Assembly (NCBI GenBank): GCA_963753345.1
Contig: CAVWBU010000026.1
Location: forward strand, 160,001 to 224,000
Reading direction: 5' to 3'
DNA from: an uncultured Fibrobacterota bacterium
Lineage (GTDB): Bacteria; Fibrobacterota; Chitinivibrionia; Chitinivibrionales; FEN-1185
Length of the DNA stretch: 64,000 bases
Shown here: piece after piece, positions 9,293 to 18,971 of the stretch
Layout of the letters: each line of letters opens with the position of its first letter
Numbering within the stretch: position 1 is the first letter of the stretch
Position numbers and translations under genes: made by a program
The notes under the pieces: generated by a model
What the model was told of the DNA's origin: nothing
The model's database searches: none
Seen by the model: only the letters and a program-made list of their open reading frames with translations

Positions 9293-11436
9293 CATCTTCC
9301 ATCTGATTTTGAACATCTCGGCGCGCGCAGTGATAGGTATTGTCGCACAAATGTATCCAACCTTCTAGAGAGCAAATCCTCAGTATAATCAAATCGATCA
9401 GCTTTTCGTAACTTACTTATGCATCGCGAAAGCATTGGTGCGGTTAAAATGAATATCAAGACATGGTGTTGTTCTTACATTTCCTTGACCAAGACCTATC
9501 ATGTTGCTTAATCCTTCATTCTCCGATCTGTCAACAATTATTGCGAATTGGCCATATTCGCCGCCCGAGTAGCTAAGACACTGCCTGAAATCATCGGGCT
9601 TTAACTCGACATAATTCTTAACTTCAAAAACTACTTGTCGTGTCTTGTAGTCATCCAATATTCGACTCCAGAACCCAGTTTTTGCCATATTTGTTGCAAC
9701 AACATCTCTTCTTTGAACTGCATCCCGATTCGGATGCAATTCTGGATTATGAAGCTTTGTATTGAAAAGTAGTTTCACAGCCATTAGGACCCAATTCTCA
9801 AAGTCAGCGGCAGTCTCGTCGCCTGTTTGTGAAGGTAAGTCGGCAATAAGTCGGCCAATTTGTTTCATTCTAAGGTCAGGAATGTCAGTACTGCACCGGG
9901 AATCATATTCGTCGTCAATAGAGTCTACAGAAATGTTCATGCTTTCTGTTTGGACGATGTCTAACGCCCTCAAGTAGCACGGATGAATATATACGATTTG
10001 GTTAGGAAGAATATCGCTTGACGGATAAATCGCGAACCATCGTGGCAAAAAATGATATTTCCTGTTGAGCTGTCCTGAATGCCAACAAAACCGACGCTAA
10101 AAAGGGCGTACAAGGCCTGCTTGCCCTCTCCAAGGATTGCAAAGTCCCCCGACCCATCCTCATCGAATTTACTGGTCTGTATCAGTTCCGTGAGCTTGTC
10201 TATTGCTTCTTGCGCAACATAATGAGGCTGACCCTGAACAAAGACTTTGACTAGAAGCCTAAGTCCGCGGAACACACTATCGTATTCTTTTATCAAATCT
10301 GCCAACCGGTCTTCTGAGATTTGCTTTGATGTCGCATCAATGTCATCTTTAATGATTTCCGTCCTGTTTGAGCGTCCAGCCACCTGACTTGCAGAATTTA
10401 ACAATACAATTAGATCCCTTGGCCTGTACAGTGTGTGCGACAAGCATTCATTGAAACCATCTCTGTCCTTGAGCTCCCGTTGTGCAAATCTATTCCAAAC
10501 TTTTATATCACTTTCGATCTTTCCCAGTCCAAGCGAAACTCTCAATCGGTTCGCAACAAGATGGAGAAGTGAGTCTTTGTCCCATTTTAATCTGAGAATT
10601 GATCCTTCAATATTCCTGGAGAAATCCGGATCATAGTGAGCCAATGCCCTGAAAATATTGTCTCTGACAAAAAGGACAACATGAATTCCAGATGGCCTAT
10701 CGGCAAAATCTGCTGTAGCATGGGAGAGGCCTCCCAAGATGGCAGTAGACTGTTTGTTTGGAAGCCAACCCTCGTCGAGACCGTCAAGAAGAAACACTAC
10801 GCTGTGGCTAGTTTCATTGAGGGCTTCTTGAACCATGTGGTGGAGATTTTCGATGTCGCAATAACGAGCTAAGAGTCCCGGCAGCTCGTTAAGTACGCTT
10901 GCTTTTTCAGCTACGGCTTGAATAAGGGAAGTGCATCGTTCTACTGAGGTCTGTTGAAAGAATTCGATGTGGTATTCATAATATGATCGTAGCCGGGATA
11001 CATCTGCGATCTTGTCTACCTTCCAGTAATCTAGTATTCGTTTTAACACTAAAAGTAGCAAATGTGCTCGCCAAGCAACTCGAATTATCGAACGAATTGT
11101 TACATAATCCTCAGTCTTGATTTTTGCGAAAATACCCTGGAGCCCTAGTATTTGTTGCTCAATTATCCTTTCGTTAAAAAGGAAAATCGCCTTATTCGTA
11201 CTAAAATATTCCGCGGTCTTGATATACAGCGCCGATTTTCCAGTTCCTCTCCGACCAACAACAAAATTGTAGTCATTCGTCTTCGTTAAGCCATGATAGT
11301 CTGATGTTTCGACAAATGCATCTCTTAGCATCGCGCCGTCTTTTTCCGCGCGAGAGGCTCCTAAAATATTCCCATATGCTTGCGACACATTGATCCCATC
11401 GAAAGCTGTTTCAATTTGAAAACTCTGAAACACCAT
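9293..11436 (-). pseudogene. P-loop ATPase (Sll1717-like) with a C-terminal PD-(D/E)xK nuclease-like domain, broken by frameshifts and a stop
   Basis: Walker A GRRGTGKS and Walker B FLLDGLDE; second fragment RRDVVATN...VFEVKNY; breaks near 10030 and 9495; in-frame TAA near 9476; lower GC than the flanks. Confidence 0.7.
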
Positions 11437-11565
11437 GAACTAGTTGTCAATATCGCGGAGACAAGCCATATCGCAGGATCTCGTGAACACTAACTTATCA
11501 ATTCAATTCTTGCCTCCCCAAGAGTCAAGTCTTTTTCCGCGCCCCCCCAATCCTCTTCCCCCCCC

Positions 11566-14397
11566 TCACCCCAGCCACTCCCTCAAATATTTCCCCGTCG
11601 CGCTTGCCGGATTCTTCGCAATCTGCTCCGGCGTGCCCGTGGCCAATACCCGTCCTCCGTTGTCTCCGCCTTCCGGTCCCAAATCGATGATCCAGTCCGC
11701 GCATTTGACAACGTCGAGGTTGTGTTCGATCACGATCACGGTGTTTCCCTTATCAACAAGCTCTGCGATCACGTTCATGAGCATCTTGATGTCCTCGAAG
11801 TGCAGGCCCGTGGTGGGCTCGTCGAGGATGTACATGGTGCGGCCCGTGCCGCGGCGGGCGAGTTCGGCCGCGAGCTTGATGCGCTGCGCCTCGCCGCCCG
11901 ACAGCGTGGTGGCCTGCTGGCCCAGGTGTATGTAGCCCAGGCCCACGCGCGACAGCACCGCGAGCTTGTTCTTGATGGACGGGATCCTGTCGAAGAACAT
12001 AAGCGCCTCGTCGACAGTCATGTCGAGCACGTCGGCGATTGATTTTCCTTTGAACGTGATCTCCAGCGTCTCGCGGTTGTACCGCTTGCCGCGGCAGGTT
12101 TCGCACTGGACGTAGACGTCGGGCAGAAAGTGCATCTCGATGCGGATCACGCCGTCGCCCTCGCAGGTTTCGCACCTGCCGCCTTTCACGTTGAAGCTGA
12201 ACCGGCCCGGGTTGTACCCGCGTATCCTGCTTTCCGGCAGCATGGTGAACAGCGTGCGCACATGGTCGAAGGTCTTGGTGTAGGTGGCAGGGTTGGAGCG
12301 CGGCGTGCGACCGATGGGCGACTGGTCGATTGAAATCACTTTGTCAAGCAGGGCGAGGTTCTTGATCTGCTTGAACGGGAGCGACTGGAGCTTTGCGTTG
12401 TTGAGCCTTCGCGCCAGCGCGGGATACACCGTCTGGTTGACAAGCGTGCTTTTGCCGGAGCCGGACACACCCGTGACGCACACGAGCATGTTGAGCGGGA
12501 ACGAAACATTTATGTCTTTGAGGTTGTTGCCGGTCGCTCCTATTATGTCAAGCGAGCGTCCGAGACCCTGCCGCCGCTGCGCAGGGAGCGGGATGCTTTT
12601 CTTGCCGCTCAGGTACTGGCCGGTGAGCGACGCGGGGTTTGCGATGATTTCCTTGGGCGTGCCCTCTGCCACGAGGTATCCGCCGTGCACGCCCGCTCCC
12701 GGGCCGATGTCGAGGATGCGGTCTGCCGCAAGCATGGTCTCACGGTCGTGCTCGATAACCACCACGGTGTTGCCCAGGTCTCGCAGGGACACGAGCGTGT
12801 CGAGCAGCTTGCCGTTGTCGCGCGGGTGGAGCCCGATGCTCGGCTCGTCGAGAATGTAAATAACGCCTGTGAGCCGCGAGCCGATCTGCGTGGCAAGCCG
12901 AATGCGCTGCGCCTCGCCGCCCGACAGCGTGGCCGAGGCGCGCTCGAGCGACAGGTACGAAAGCCCCACGTTCACCAGAAAGGAAAGCCGCTCGCTTATC
13001 TCTTTGAGGATCTGCTTCGCGATCTGCTCCTGCCGCTTGGCAAGCGACAACTCCACGAAGAACCGCTTGAGGCCGTCAATGGACATATGCGAAAGGTCTG
13101 CGATGTTGCGGCCGTCAATAAGGATGGCAAGGCTCTGCGGCTTGAGCCGCTTGCCCTTGCACGCCGGGCAGGCGCGCTGGGTCATGTAGGCCTCGATCCA
13201 CCGTCGGATCTCCTCGGATGTGGAATCGCGGTACCGCCGCAGGAGGTTGGGGATCACGCCTTCGAAATGGCGCTTGAACTGGCCGTGGCCCTCGCCGGTG
13301 CGGTTCTGCCATTTCATGAGGACCCGCTCGCCGCCCGACCCGTTAAGTAAAATGTCCCTCTGTTTGTCGGAAAGGGATTTGTATGGTTTGTCAAGAGGGA
13401 TCGAGAAGTGCCTGCACACCGAGAGCATCATCTGCTGGTTCCAGCTCCCCATGGTGGTCGCCCCGTTCCACGGCACGATGGCGCCGCTAAGGAGCGTGAG
13501 CGACGGGTCGGGCACCACAAGGTCGGGGTCGATCTCCAGAAGATAGCCGAGCCCGCTGCAGGTCTCGCACGCACCGAAGGGGTTGTTGAACGAGAACATG
13601 CGCGGCGACAGCTCGTCGTAGGAGATGCCGCAGTGCGGGCAGGCAAGCAATTGCGAGAAGACCATGGGATCCCTGCCCGCCAGGTCCACGGCCACGGTGC
13701 CGTTCGACGAAAGCTTGAGCGCGGTCTCGAGCGAGTCCACGAGCCTGCCCTTGATGGACGGGCCGTTTACCAGCCGGTCGACAACGACCTCGACGCTGTG
13801 TTTCTTGTTTTTGTCAAGAGGTATCGTTTCGTCAAGGGTGTAGATGCTGTTGTCCACCCGCACGCGCACGAACCCGTCCTTCTGCAGTTTTTCGAACAGG
13901 TCCTTGTATTCGCCCTTGCGGCCTGAGACGATCGGGGACAGGATCTGAAATTTCGCGCCTGCGGGCAGCGCCAGCACTTTATCGGTGATCTCCTGCACGC
14001 TCTGCCGCGATATGGGCCTTCCGCACTTGTAGCAGGTGGGGTCGCCGATCCTCGCAAAAAGCAAGCGCAGGTAGTCGTGGATTTCGGTGATGGTGCCCAC
14101 GGTGGAGCGCGGATTGTGGCCCGTGGTCTTCTGCTCTATGGAAATCGCGGGCGACAGGCCCTCAATGGAATCCACGTCCGGCTTTTCCATGAGGCCTAAG
14201 AATTGCCGCGCGTACGCGGACAGCGATTCCACGTAGCGCCGCTGGCCTTCGGAATACAGCGTGTCGAACGCCAGCGAACTTTTACCCGAGCCGGACAACC
14301 CGGTGATCACGGTGAGGCTGTTGCGCGGGATGGTGACGTCGATGTTCTTGAGATTATGTTCTCGTGCGCCTTTGATTATTATGTCTCGTGATTGCAT
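11566..14397 (-). CDS. uvrA: Excinuclease ABC subunit A
   Basis: GAREHNLKN, GLSGSGKSSLAFDT, two LSGGEAQRI signatures and zinc fingers. Confidence 0.98.
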   Translation of the reverse strand: MQSRDIIIKGAREHNLKNIDVTIPRNSLTVITGLSGSGKSSLAFDTLYSEGQRRYVESLSAYARQFLGLMEKPDVDSIEGLSPAISIEQKTTGHNPRSTVGTITEIHDYLRLLFARIGDPTCYKCGRPISRQSVQEITDKVLALPAGAKFQILSPIVSGRKGEYKDLFEKLQKDGFVRVRVDNSIYTLDETIPLDKNKKHSVEVVVDRLVNGPSIKGRLVDSLETALKLSSNGTVAVDLAGRDPMVFSQLLACPHCGISYDELSPRMFSFNNPFGACETCSGLGYLLEIDPDLVVPDPSLTLLSGAIVPWNGATTMGSWNQQMMLSVCRHFSIPLDKPYKSLSDKQRDILLNGSGGERVLMKWQNRTGEGHGQFKRHFEGVIPNLLRRYRDSTSEEIRRWIEAYMTQRACPACKGKRLKPQSLAILIDGRNIADLSHMSIDGLKRFFVELSLAKRQEQIAKQILKEISERLSFLVNVGLSYLSLERASATLSGGEAQRIRLATQIGSRLTGVIYILDEPSIGLHPRDNGKLLDTLVSLRDLGNTVVVIEHDRETMLAADRILDIGPGAGVHGGYLVAEGTPKEIIANPASLTGQYLSGKKSIPLPAQRRQGLGRSLDIIGATGNNLKDINVSFPLNMLVCVTGVSGSGKSTLVNQTVYPALARRLNNAKLQSLPFKQIKNLALLDKVISIDQSPIGRTPRSNPATYTKTFDHVRTLFTMLPESRIRGYNPGRFSFNVKGGRCETCEGDGVIRIEMHFLPDVYVQCETCRGKRYNRETLEITFKGKSIADVLDMTVDEALMFFDRIPSIKNKLAVLSRVGLGYIHLGQQATTLSGGEAQRIKLAAELARRGTGRTMYILDEPTTGLHFEDIKMLMNVIAELVDKGNTVIVIEHNLDVVKCADWIIDLGPEGGDNGGRVLATGTPEQIAKNPASATGKYLREWLG

Positions 14398-14453
14398 AAA
14401 AGGTTCTGATAAATTACTACAAATTTGGAGTAACTAAGATAAAGATAAAAGAT

Positions 14454-14640
14454 ATGGGCGCCCCGCCGCTTCGCGTCGTCGGCGCTCCTTCCAGGCTCGG
14501 CCTATCGGCCTCATTGCCGCCTGCCACGAGGGCCCTGCGGGCCGTGGTCAGGCGGCAATGCGCTCCAGCGCCCCTTTCAGTCCGGCCTGGCGCGCGGCAG
14601 AAGAAGTCTATTAAGTCAATTTGTTTTCTTGCGCCAACCC
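14454..14640 (-). repeat. Structured repeat module A (solo copy upstream of uvrA)
   Basis: Aligns by eye with the copies at 58240, 32554, 29440, 42158, 26788 and 50678. Confidence 0.8.
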
Positions 14641-14729
14641 GGTCTTCGTCATGAATGAACCTGGAAGATTGGTTTATTCGCGGGCCGTTGCCCCCTCTCC
14701 CTGTGGGAGAGGGGGCAACGGGGGTGAGG

Positions 14730-15170
14730 TTACGCCGGGGGAGCGGAAGGATTTTCGGGGGCCGGTAAAATATCCCTATGATACTCCTCATACATCTGCT
14801 GCACCGTCTCGGCGAGCTTGGCGCGGTTGAACGGTTTGAACAGGCAGGGGCACCGTATGGTCTTGTTGATCTTGACAAGCGTGTGTTTAGGGTTGTAGCC
14901 GAACCCGGTCATGAGGACCACCTGCGACTGGACGTTGGTCTCCATGAGCCTGCTGATGAATTCGTATCCGTCCATTTCCGGCATGGCGATGTCGGTGAGC
15001 ACGAGGAAGAACGCGGTGGTCTCGAGCTGCGTCAGCGCCTCGGCGGACGAGGCCGCCAGCGTCACCTGCCAGTCAAGGCTCTCGAGGTAGATTTTGAGAA
15101 AATCCAGAACGTCGACTTCGTCGTCGACGATGAGGATGCGCCGGTTAGGTGTCTTTGGTAAAAAGCTCAT
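14730..15170 (-). CDS. Single-domain response regulator receiver
   Basis: ILIVDDE...LTDIAMPEMDG...MTG...KPF. Confidence 0.9.
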   Translation of the reverse strand: MSFLPKTPNRRILIVDDEVDVLDFLKIYLESLDWQVTLAASSAEALTQLETTAFFLVLTDIAMPEMDGYEFISRLMETNVQSQVVLMTGFGYNPKHTLVKINKTIRCPCLFKPFNRAKLAETVQQMYEEYHRDILPAPENPSAPPA

Positions 15171-15522
15171 GAGTCCTGTCGATAAGTTCCTGTTTGCCGA
15201 AAGGCTTGGTGATGTAGGCGTCCGCCTTCATCACGTGCAGCCCGACCATCTCGTCGAACGCCTGCGTCTTTGCCGTGAGGATAGCTATGGGAAGCTTTGC
15301 GAATTCCGGATCGCTGCGGATCTGCTTGAACACGTCCCAACCGTTCATCAGCGGCATGGAAAGATCGAGAAGCACCGCGTCGGGCTTGTATGCCTTCACC
15401 CGGTCGTAGGCCGAGGGCGCGTCGAGCACGGTCTCAACCTCGAAGTCCTCGGTTTCCAGCACGAGTTTCACCAGTTCCGCAATGTCCATTTCGTCTTCGA
15501 CAACAATGATCTTCTTTTTCAT
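15145..15522 (-). CDS. Single-domain response regulator receiver
   Basis: IIVVEDE...LLDLSMPLMNG...LTAK...YITKPF. Confidence 0.92.
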   Translation of the reverse strand: MKKKIIVVEDEMDIAELVKLVLETEDFEVETVLDAPSAYDRVKAYKPDAVLLDLSMPLMNGWDVFKQIRSDPEFAKLPIAILTAKTQAFDEMVGLHVMKADAYITKPFGKQELIDRTHELFTKDT

Positions 15523-15534
15523 GAGGACTCGCCT

Positions 15535-15834
15535 TCACCTTTTAAGGTATTCGGAAAATGCCCAGTTCCAGTATTTGAGGCACACGAGAAACGCCGTGCC
15601 TGCGGACGCAAACCGCACGAGCATGGGAACACCCTGCGGGACATGGATGTTGAAGTCGTTGGAAATCGCGTCAACGATGGCCGCGACCGCGAGGAGCACC
15701 GCGGTGACGTAGAGAATGCGGTAGTACGACCTGATCTTGAGCGCCTCGCCGAGCCTTCGTGACAGGTAAGCGATGATGATCATGGCGAGGATCGCCGATA
15801 CGTCGAACAGAATAAGGCTGTGGGGAGCGTTCAT
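15535..15834 (-). CDS. Small membrane protein (about 3 TM, 99 aa)
   Basis: MNAPHSLILFDV...; hydrophobic helices, LSRRLGEALK..YY loop, KYWNW end; tight operon spacing. Confidence 0.7.
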   Translation of the reverse strand: MNAPHSLILFDVSAILAMIIIAYLSRRLGEALKIRSYYRILYVTAVLLAVAAIVDAISNDFNIHVPQGVPMLVRFASAGTAFLVCLKYWNWAFSEYLKR

Positions 15835-15836
15835 GG

Positions 15837-16151
15837 CTATTTCCTCGGTTTTCTCATTTTGTAATACAGGCCGACCGCACTGGCCGCCGACGCCCCGGCG
15901 CTCAGGATGAGCAGCGAGGACTGCGCGAAGCCGAGCATCGGGCCGTTGCCCGCGTTGACAAAGACGGTTGCCGCGCACAGGACCGAAAGGATCATCGAAA
16001 GCGCGAAGCCCGCCCTCGGGGTCGCCTCGCCGAACTTCTTGTGGTAGAAGGACGAAATGAGGTACATGGTGGCGTTGAGGCACACCACGGCAAGAATGTA
16101 CCCGGCCAAAATGACCCTGTCGGCGTCCAGCAGGATGGTGACGTTCATCAC
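15837..16151 (-). CDS. Small membrane protein (about 3 TM)
   Basis: Three hydrophobic segments and a basic C-terminus; overlaps the KaiC-like gene stop. Confidence 0.7.
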   Translation of the reverse strand: MMNVTILLDADRVILAGYILAVVCLNATMYLISSFYHKKFGEATPRAGFALSMILSVLCAATVFVNAGNGPMLGFAQSSLLILSAGASAASAVGLYYKMRKPRK

Positions 16152-16918
16152 TTTTTTCCGAAAACGTTGACAAAAGCGTCTTGCGGCGTGTGGTGCGAAA
16201 TGCCGCTCATGATGCCCTCGCGGCCGGAGAATTTCGCCTCGACTTCGATGCCCTTGGGGCCTATCCGGAAGGAGCGGATGTCCTTCTGGTGGTCGCTGCC
16301 CCGCATCTTGAGGATCAGAAAGGCCTTCTGGACCGTGCTGTCGATCTCCACGTAGCGCAGGAGGAAATAGGAATCGACGATGAAGGGGATCTTGCTCGTC
16401 ACCCTGCTCATCTGCCCCATGAGGCTGTCGTTTTCCCGCAAGAGGATGCTGGTGACGTTCTCGCGCTTGAGGGCGTTGATGAACTTGCGCTCGATCTCGC
16501 GGAGGTGGAATTCGTCAAGCGACAGCGACTCGAAATGCGTCACGCTGTCCACCACCACGCGCTTGATCTTCATTTTCTCGATGATCGAAATGAGCGTGCC
16601 GTTGACGTCTTCCAGTTCCTTGAGCGTGGTTTCCGGATCGGAAAACGCTATCTTGAGCTGGCCCTTTGCCTCGAGTTTTTTGAAATCCCAGCCGAACTGC
16701 ATGGCGTCGTGGTAATACTGCTGGGGAAACTCCTCGAAGGTGATGATGAGGCCGGGCTCCTCGAACTGGGTGATGCCGTTGTAGATGAACTGCATTCCCA
16801 TGGTGGTCTTGCCCGTGCCGGGCGCGCCCTCAATGAGGTTAGCGGTGCCGGGCAGAAGCCCGCCCTGGATCATGTCGTCGAGGCCCTTTATGCCGAACGC
16901 CGCTCGTTTTTCCTTCAT
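16148..16918 (-). CDS. Single-domain KaiC/RAD55-family ATPase
   Basis: GLDDMIQGG, GAPGTGKT, TFEE, RVVVDS, ILKMRGSDH. Confidence 0.88.
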   Translation of the reverse strand: MKEKRAAFGIKGLDDMIQGGLLPGTANLIEGAPGTGKTTMGMQFIYNGITQFEEPGLIITFEEFPQQYYHDAMQFGWDFKKLEAKGQLKIAFSDPETTLKELEDVNGTLISIIEKMKIKRVVVDSVTHFESLSLDEFHLREIERKFINALKRENVTSILLRENDSLMGQMSRVTSKIPFIVDSYFLLRYVEIDSTVQKAFLILKMRGSDHQKDIRSFRIGPKGIEVEAKFSGREGIMSGISHHTPQDAFVNVFGKK

Positions 16919-16933
16919 GGGTGGCTCCTTGGG

Positions 16934-17896
16934 TCAGGAGAAAAGGTGGACGATGACCGCTTTCTGGATGTGGAGACGGTTTTCCGCTTCGTCAAGCGCT
17001 ATGGAATTGTCCGAGTCGAGGACGGGGCTGGTGATCTCCTCGCCCCGGTGCGCGGGAAGGCAATGCGAGACGAGCGCGCCGCGGGGCGCCTTTGCAAGGA
17101 GTTTTTCGTTGACCTGGAAAGGGGCGAAACGCTTTTTCCGTATCGCCGTCTCTTTTTCCTGGCCCATGCTGGTCCACACGTCGGTGTAGACCACCGATGC
17201 GCCGGACACGGCCTGCGCGGCGTCGTGGCCGACGGCAATTGCGGCGCCCGTAGTGCGTGCCACGGCGCGGCACATCGCAACCACGGTCGGATCAGGTTCG
17301 TACGTTCTGGGGCCTGCCCACGAAAAATGCCAGCCGAGTTTGGCCGCGAGCACCATGATCGAGTTGCACACGTTGTTGCCGTCGCCCACAAACGCCACCT
17401 TGACCCTGGCGCGGTCGCCGAGCCGCTCCCGCAGCGTGAAACCGAAGGCGAGAGCTTGACACGGATGGAATTTGTCCGACAGCGCGTTGACGACCGGAAT
17501 GGAGCTGTGTGTGGCGAGTTCCACCATGGTCTCGTGAAGAAAGGTGCGCGCGACCACAAGGTGCACCCACCGGTCGAGGTTCTTGGCAACGTCTTTCACG
17601 CTTTCGCGCTTGCCCATCTGAATCTGGTCGGATGCAAGATAAATGGCATGGCCGCCCAGTTCGTGGATGGCGGTTTCAAAGGTTATTCTCGTTCGCAAAG
17701 AAGGTTTTTCGAATATGAGCACCCCGGTCTTGTCCTCAAAGAGTTTCGGGTCCGCGCTCAACCGCTGCGCCTTGAGTTTGCGGGCAAGCGCAAACAGGCG
17801 TTCTATTTCTCCGGGGGAATAGTCGAAAAGGGTAAGAAGGTTCTTCTTTGCGTCTGGGGAAGGCGGTGCTTTCTTGTGGATTCTTGCCGGGCTCAT
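16934..17896 (-). CDS. argF: Ornithine carbamoyltransferase
   Basis: FEKPSLRTR, HPCQ, GDGNNV, YTDVWTSMGQE, HCLPAHRG. Confidence 0.95.
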   Translation of the reverse strand: MSPARIHKKAPPSPDAKKNLLTLFDYSPGEIERLFALARKLKAQRLSADPKLFEDKTGVLIFEKPSLRTRITFETAIHELGGHAIYLASDQIQMGKRESVKDVAKNLDRWVHLVVARTFLHETMVELATHSSIPVVNALSDKFHPCQALAFGFTLRERLGDRARVKVAFVGDGNNVCNSIMVLAAKLGWHFSWAGPRTYEPDPTVVAMCRAVARTTGAAIAVGHDAAQAVSGASVVYTDVWTSMGQEKETAIRKKRFAPFQVNEKLLAKAPRGALVSHCLPAHRGEEITSPVLDSDNSIALDEAENRLHIQKAVIVHLFS

Positions 17897-18237
17897 TCTG
17901 CATCCGGATTGAAGAGTTTAAACCTGTTAAATGCCCGTGTACACCTACCATCCCGCACCGTGCCCGGCAAAAAAGCGGTCTGCAAGCCATGAAAGATGTA
18001 GTAAAATAATTGTTTCTCACTCACGGCTCGCAAGGATATTGAATATTTTAAGTCCCCTCACGGGATTATTCTTGCTTCCTTCCGGCCCAATCTCACATAT
18101 TATGGAAGAGCGGTCGAACTGCGGCCTTTACACAGGCTTTTCAGGTTCACAAGGGAGGATTTGACGTTTTGAACGCGTGATGATGCCGGACAGGGGCTTT
18201 GCCACGGGGTTTGCAATTTTTTGTCAGGAGGCTTCAG

Positions 18238-18585
18238 GTGGATATTACAGAAGTCAGAATAACCCTTCGGAACGAAGAGAAGCTCAAGGCATTTGCGAGC
18301 ATCACCTTTGACGACTGTTTCGTTGTGCGCGGCCTCAAGGTCATCAACGGTTCACAGGGCTATTTCGTTTCAATGCCTTCCCGCAAGAGAAGAGACGGCA
18401 GCTATCAGGACGTGGCCCATCCGATCAACAACGACATGAGAAAAAAAATCGAAGACAAAGTCCTGGATGCCTTTGAAAATGAGTTGAACAGATCCGGCGG
18501 TTCTGCGCCGGCCGCAAAGGAGCCGGGCCCGGCAGAGGAAGAAGATTTCGACGTCGAAGACGAAGCGTCGCGGGCGGAGCGCTGA
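18238..18585 (+). CDS. spoVG: SpoVG-family nucleic-acid-binding protein
   Basis: ITEVRI...LKAFASITFDDCFVVRGLKVI...MPSRK...DVAHPIN; AGGAGG upstream of GTG. Confidence 0.92.
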   Translation: MDITEVRITLRNEEKLKAFASITFDDCFVVRGLKVINGSQGYFVSMPSRKRRDGSYQDVAHPINNDMRKKIEDKVLDAFENELNRSGGSAPAAKEPGPAEEEDFDVEDEASRAER

Positions 18586-18725
18586 GCCGGTCTTCCCTTG
18601 GCGGTTGTCCGGGGCATTTTCCGGGAATGGAAAATGCCCCTTTTTGTCGCCCGAAGGCGGGCGGAAGATTGTCCTCCCACATAGTTTACTTACGGCGGCT
18701 CCACATATTATTTTAGGTGCCTTGC

Positions 18726-18800
18726 TGGGGCGTCGACAAGCGGCAAGTCACGAGGTTTTGGTCCTCGCATTCGGAGGTTCGAATCCTTCCGCCCCAGCCA
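18726..18800 (+). tRNA. tRNA-Gln (anticodon TTG), CCA encoded
   Basis: tggggcg/cgcccca acceptor stem, cgagg-ttttggt-cctcg anticodon arm, ggttcgaatcc T-arm. Confidence 0.95.
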
Positions 18801-18971
18801 TAAGCTGGGTGCGGAAGGGTTCGAATGCTTCTCTCGCGGTGAAAACCCGTTGGACTCCCGGAGGCAATCATTCGCTGCCGCGCACATGCGCGGGAGGTAC
18901 TGCCGTGCGCCTTTACACGGCGGGGAACATACGGTTTTCTTTGAACGAAAATAGTCGCAAGGAGGTTTCCG

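Noticed and set aside
16148-16918. Circadian kaiC clock gene
   Set aside because: Single domain only, and no kaiA or kaiB in the window.
16181-17992. Long antisense ORFs (this 603-aa ORF; also 21695-23446, 30513-32045, 988-2232)
   Set aside because: Shadow frames of well-supported genes in GC-rich DNA, with no motifs.
18726-18800. Prophage or integrative element at tRNA-Gln
   Set aside because: No integrase and no direct-repeat att copy in the window; the neighbours are core genes.
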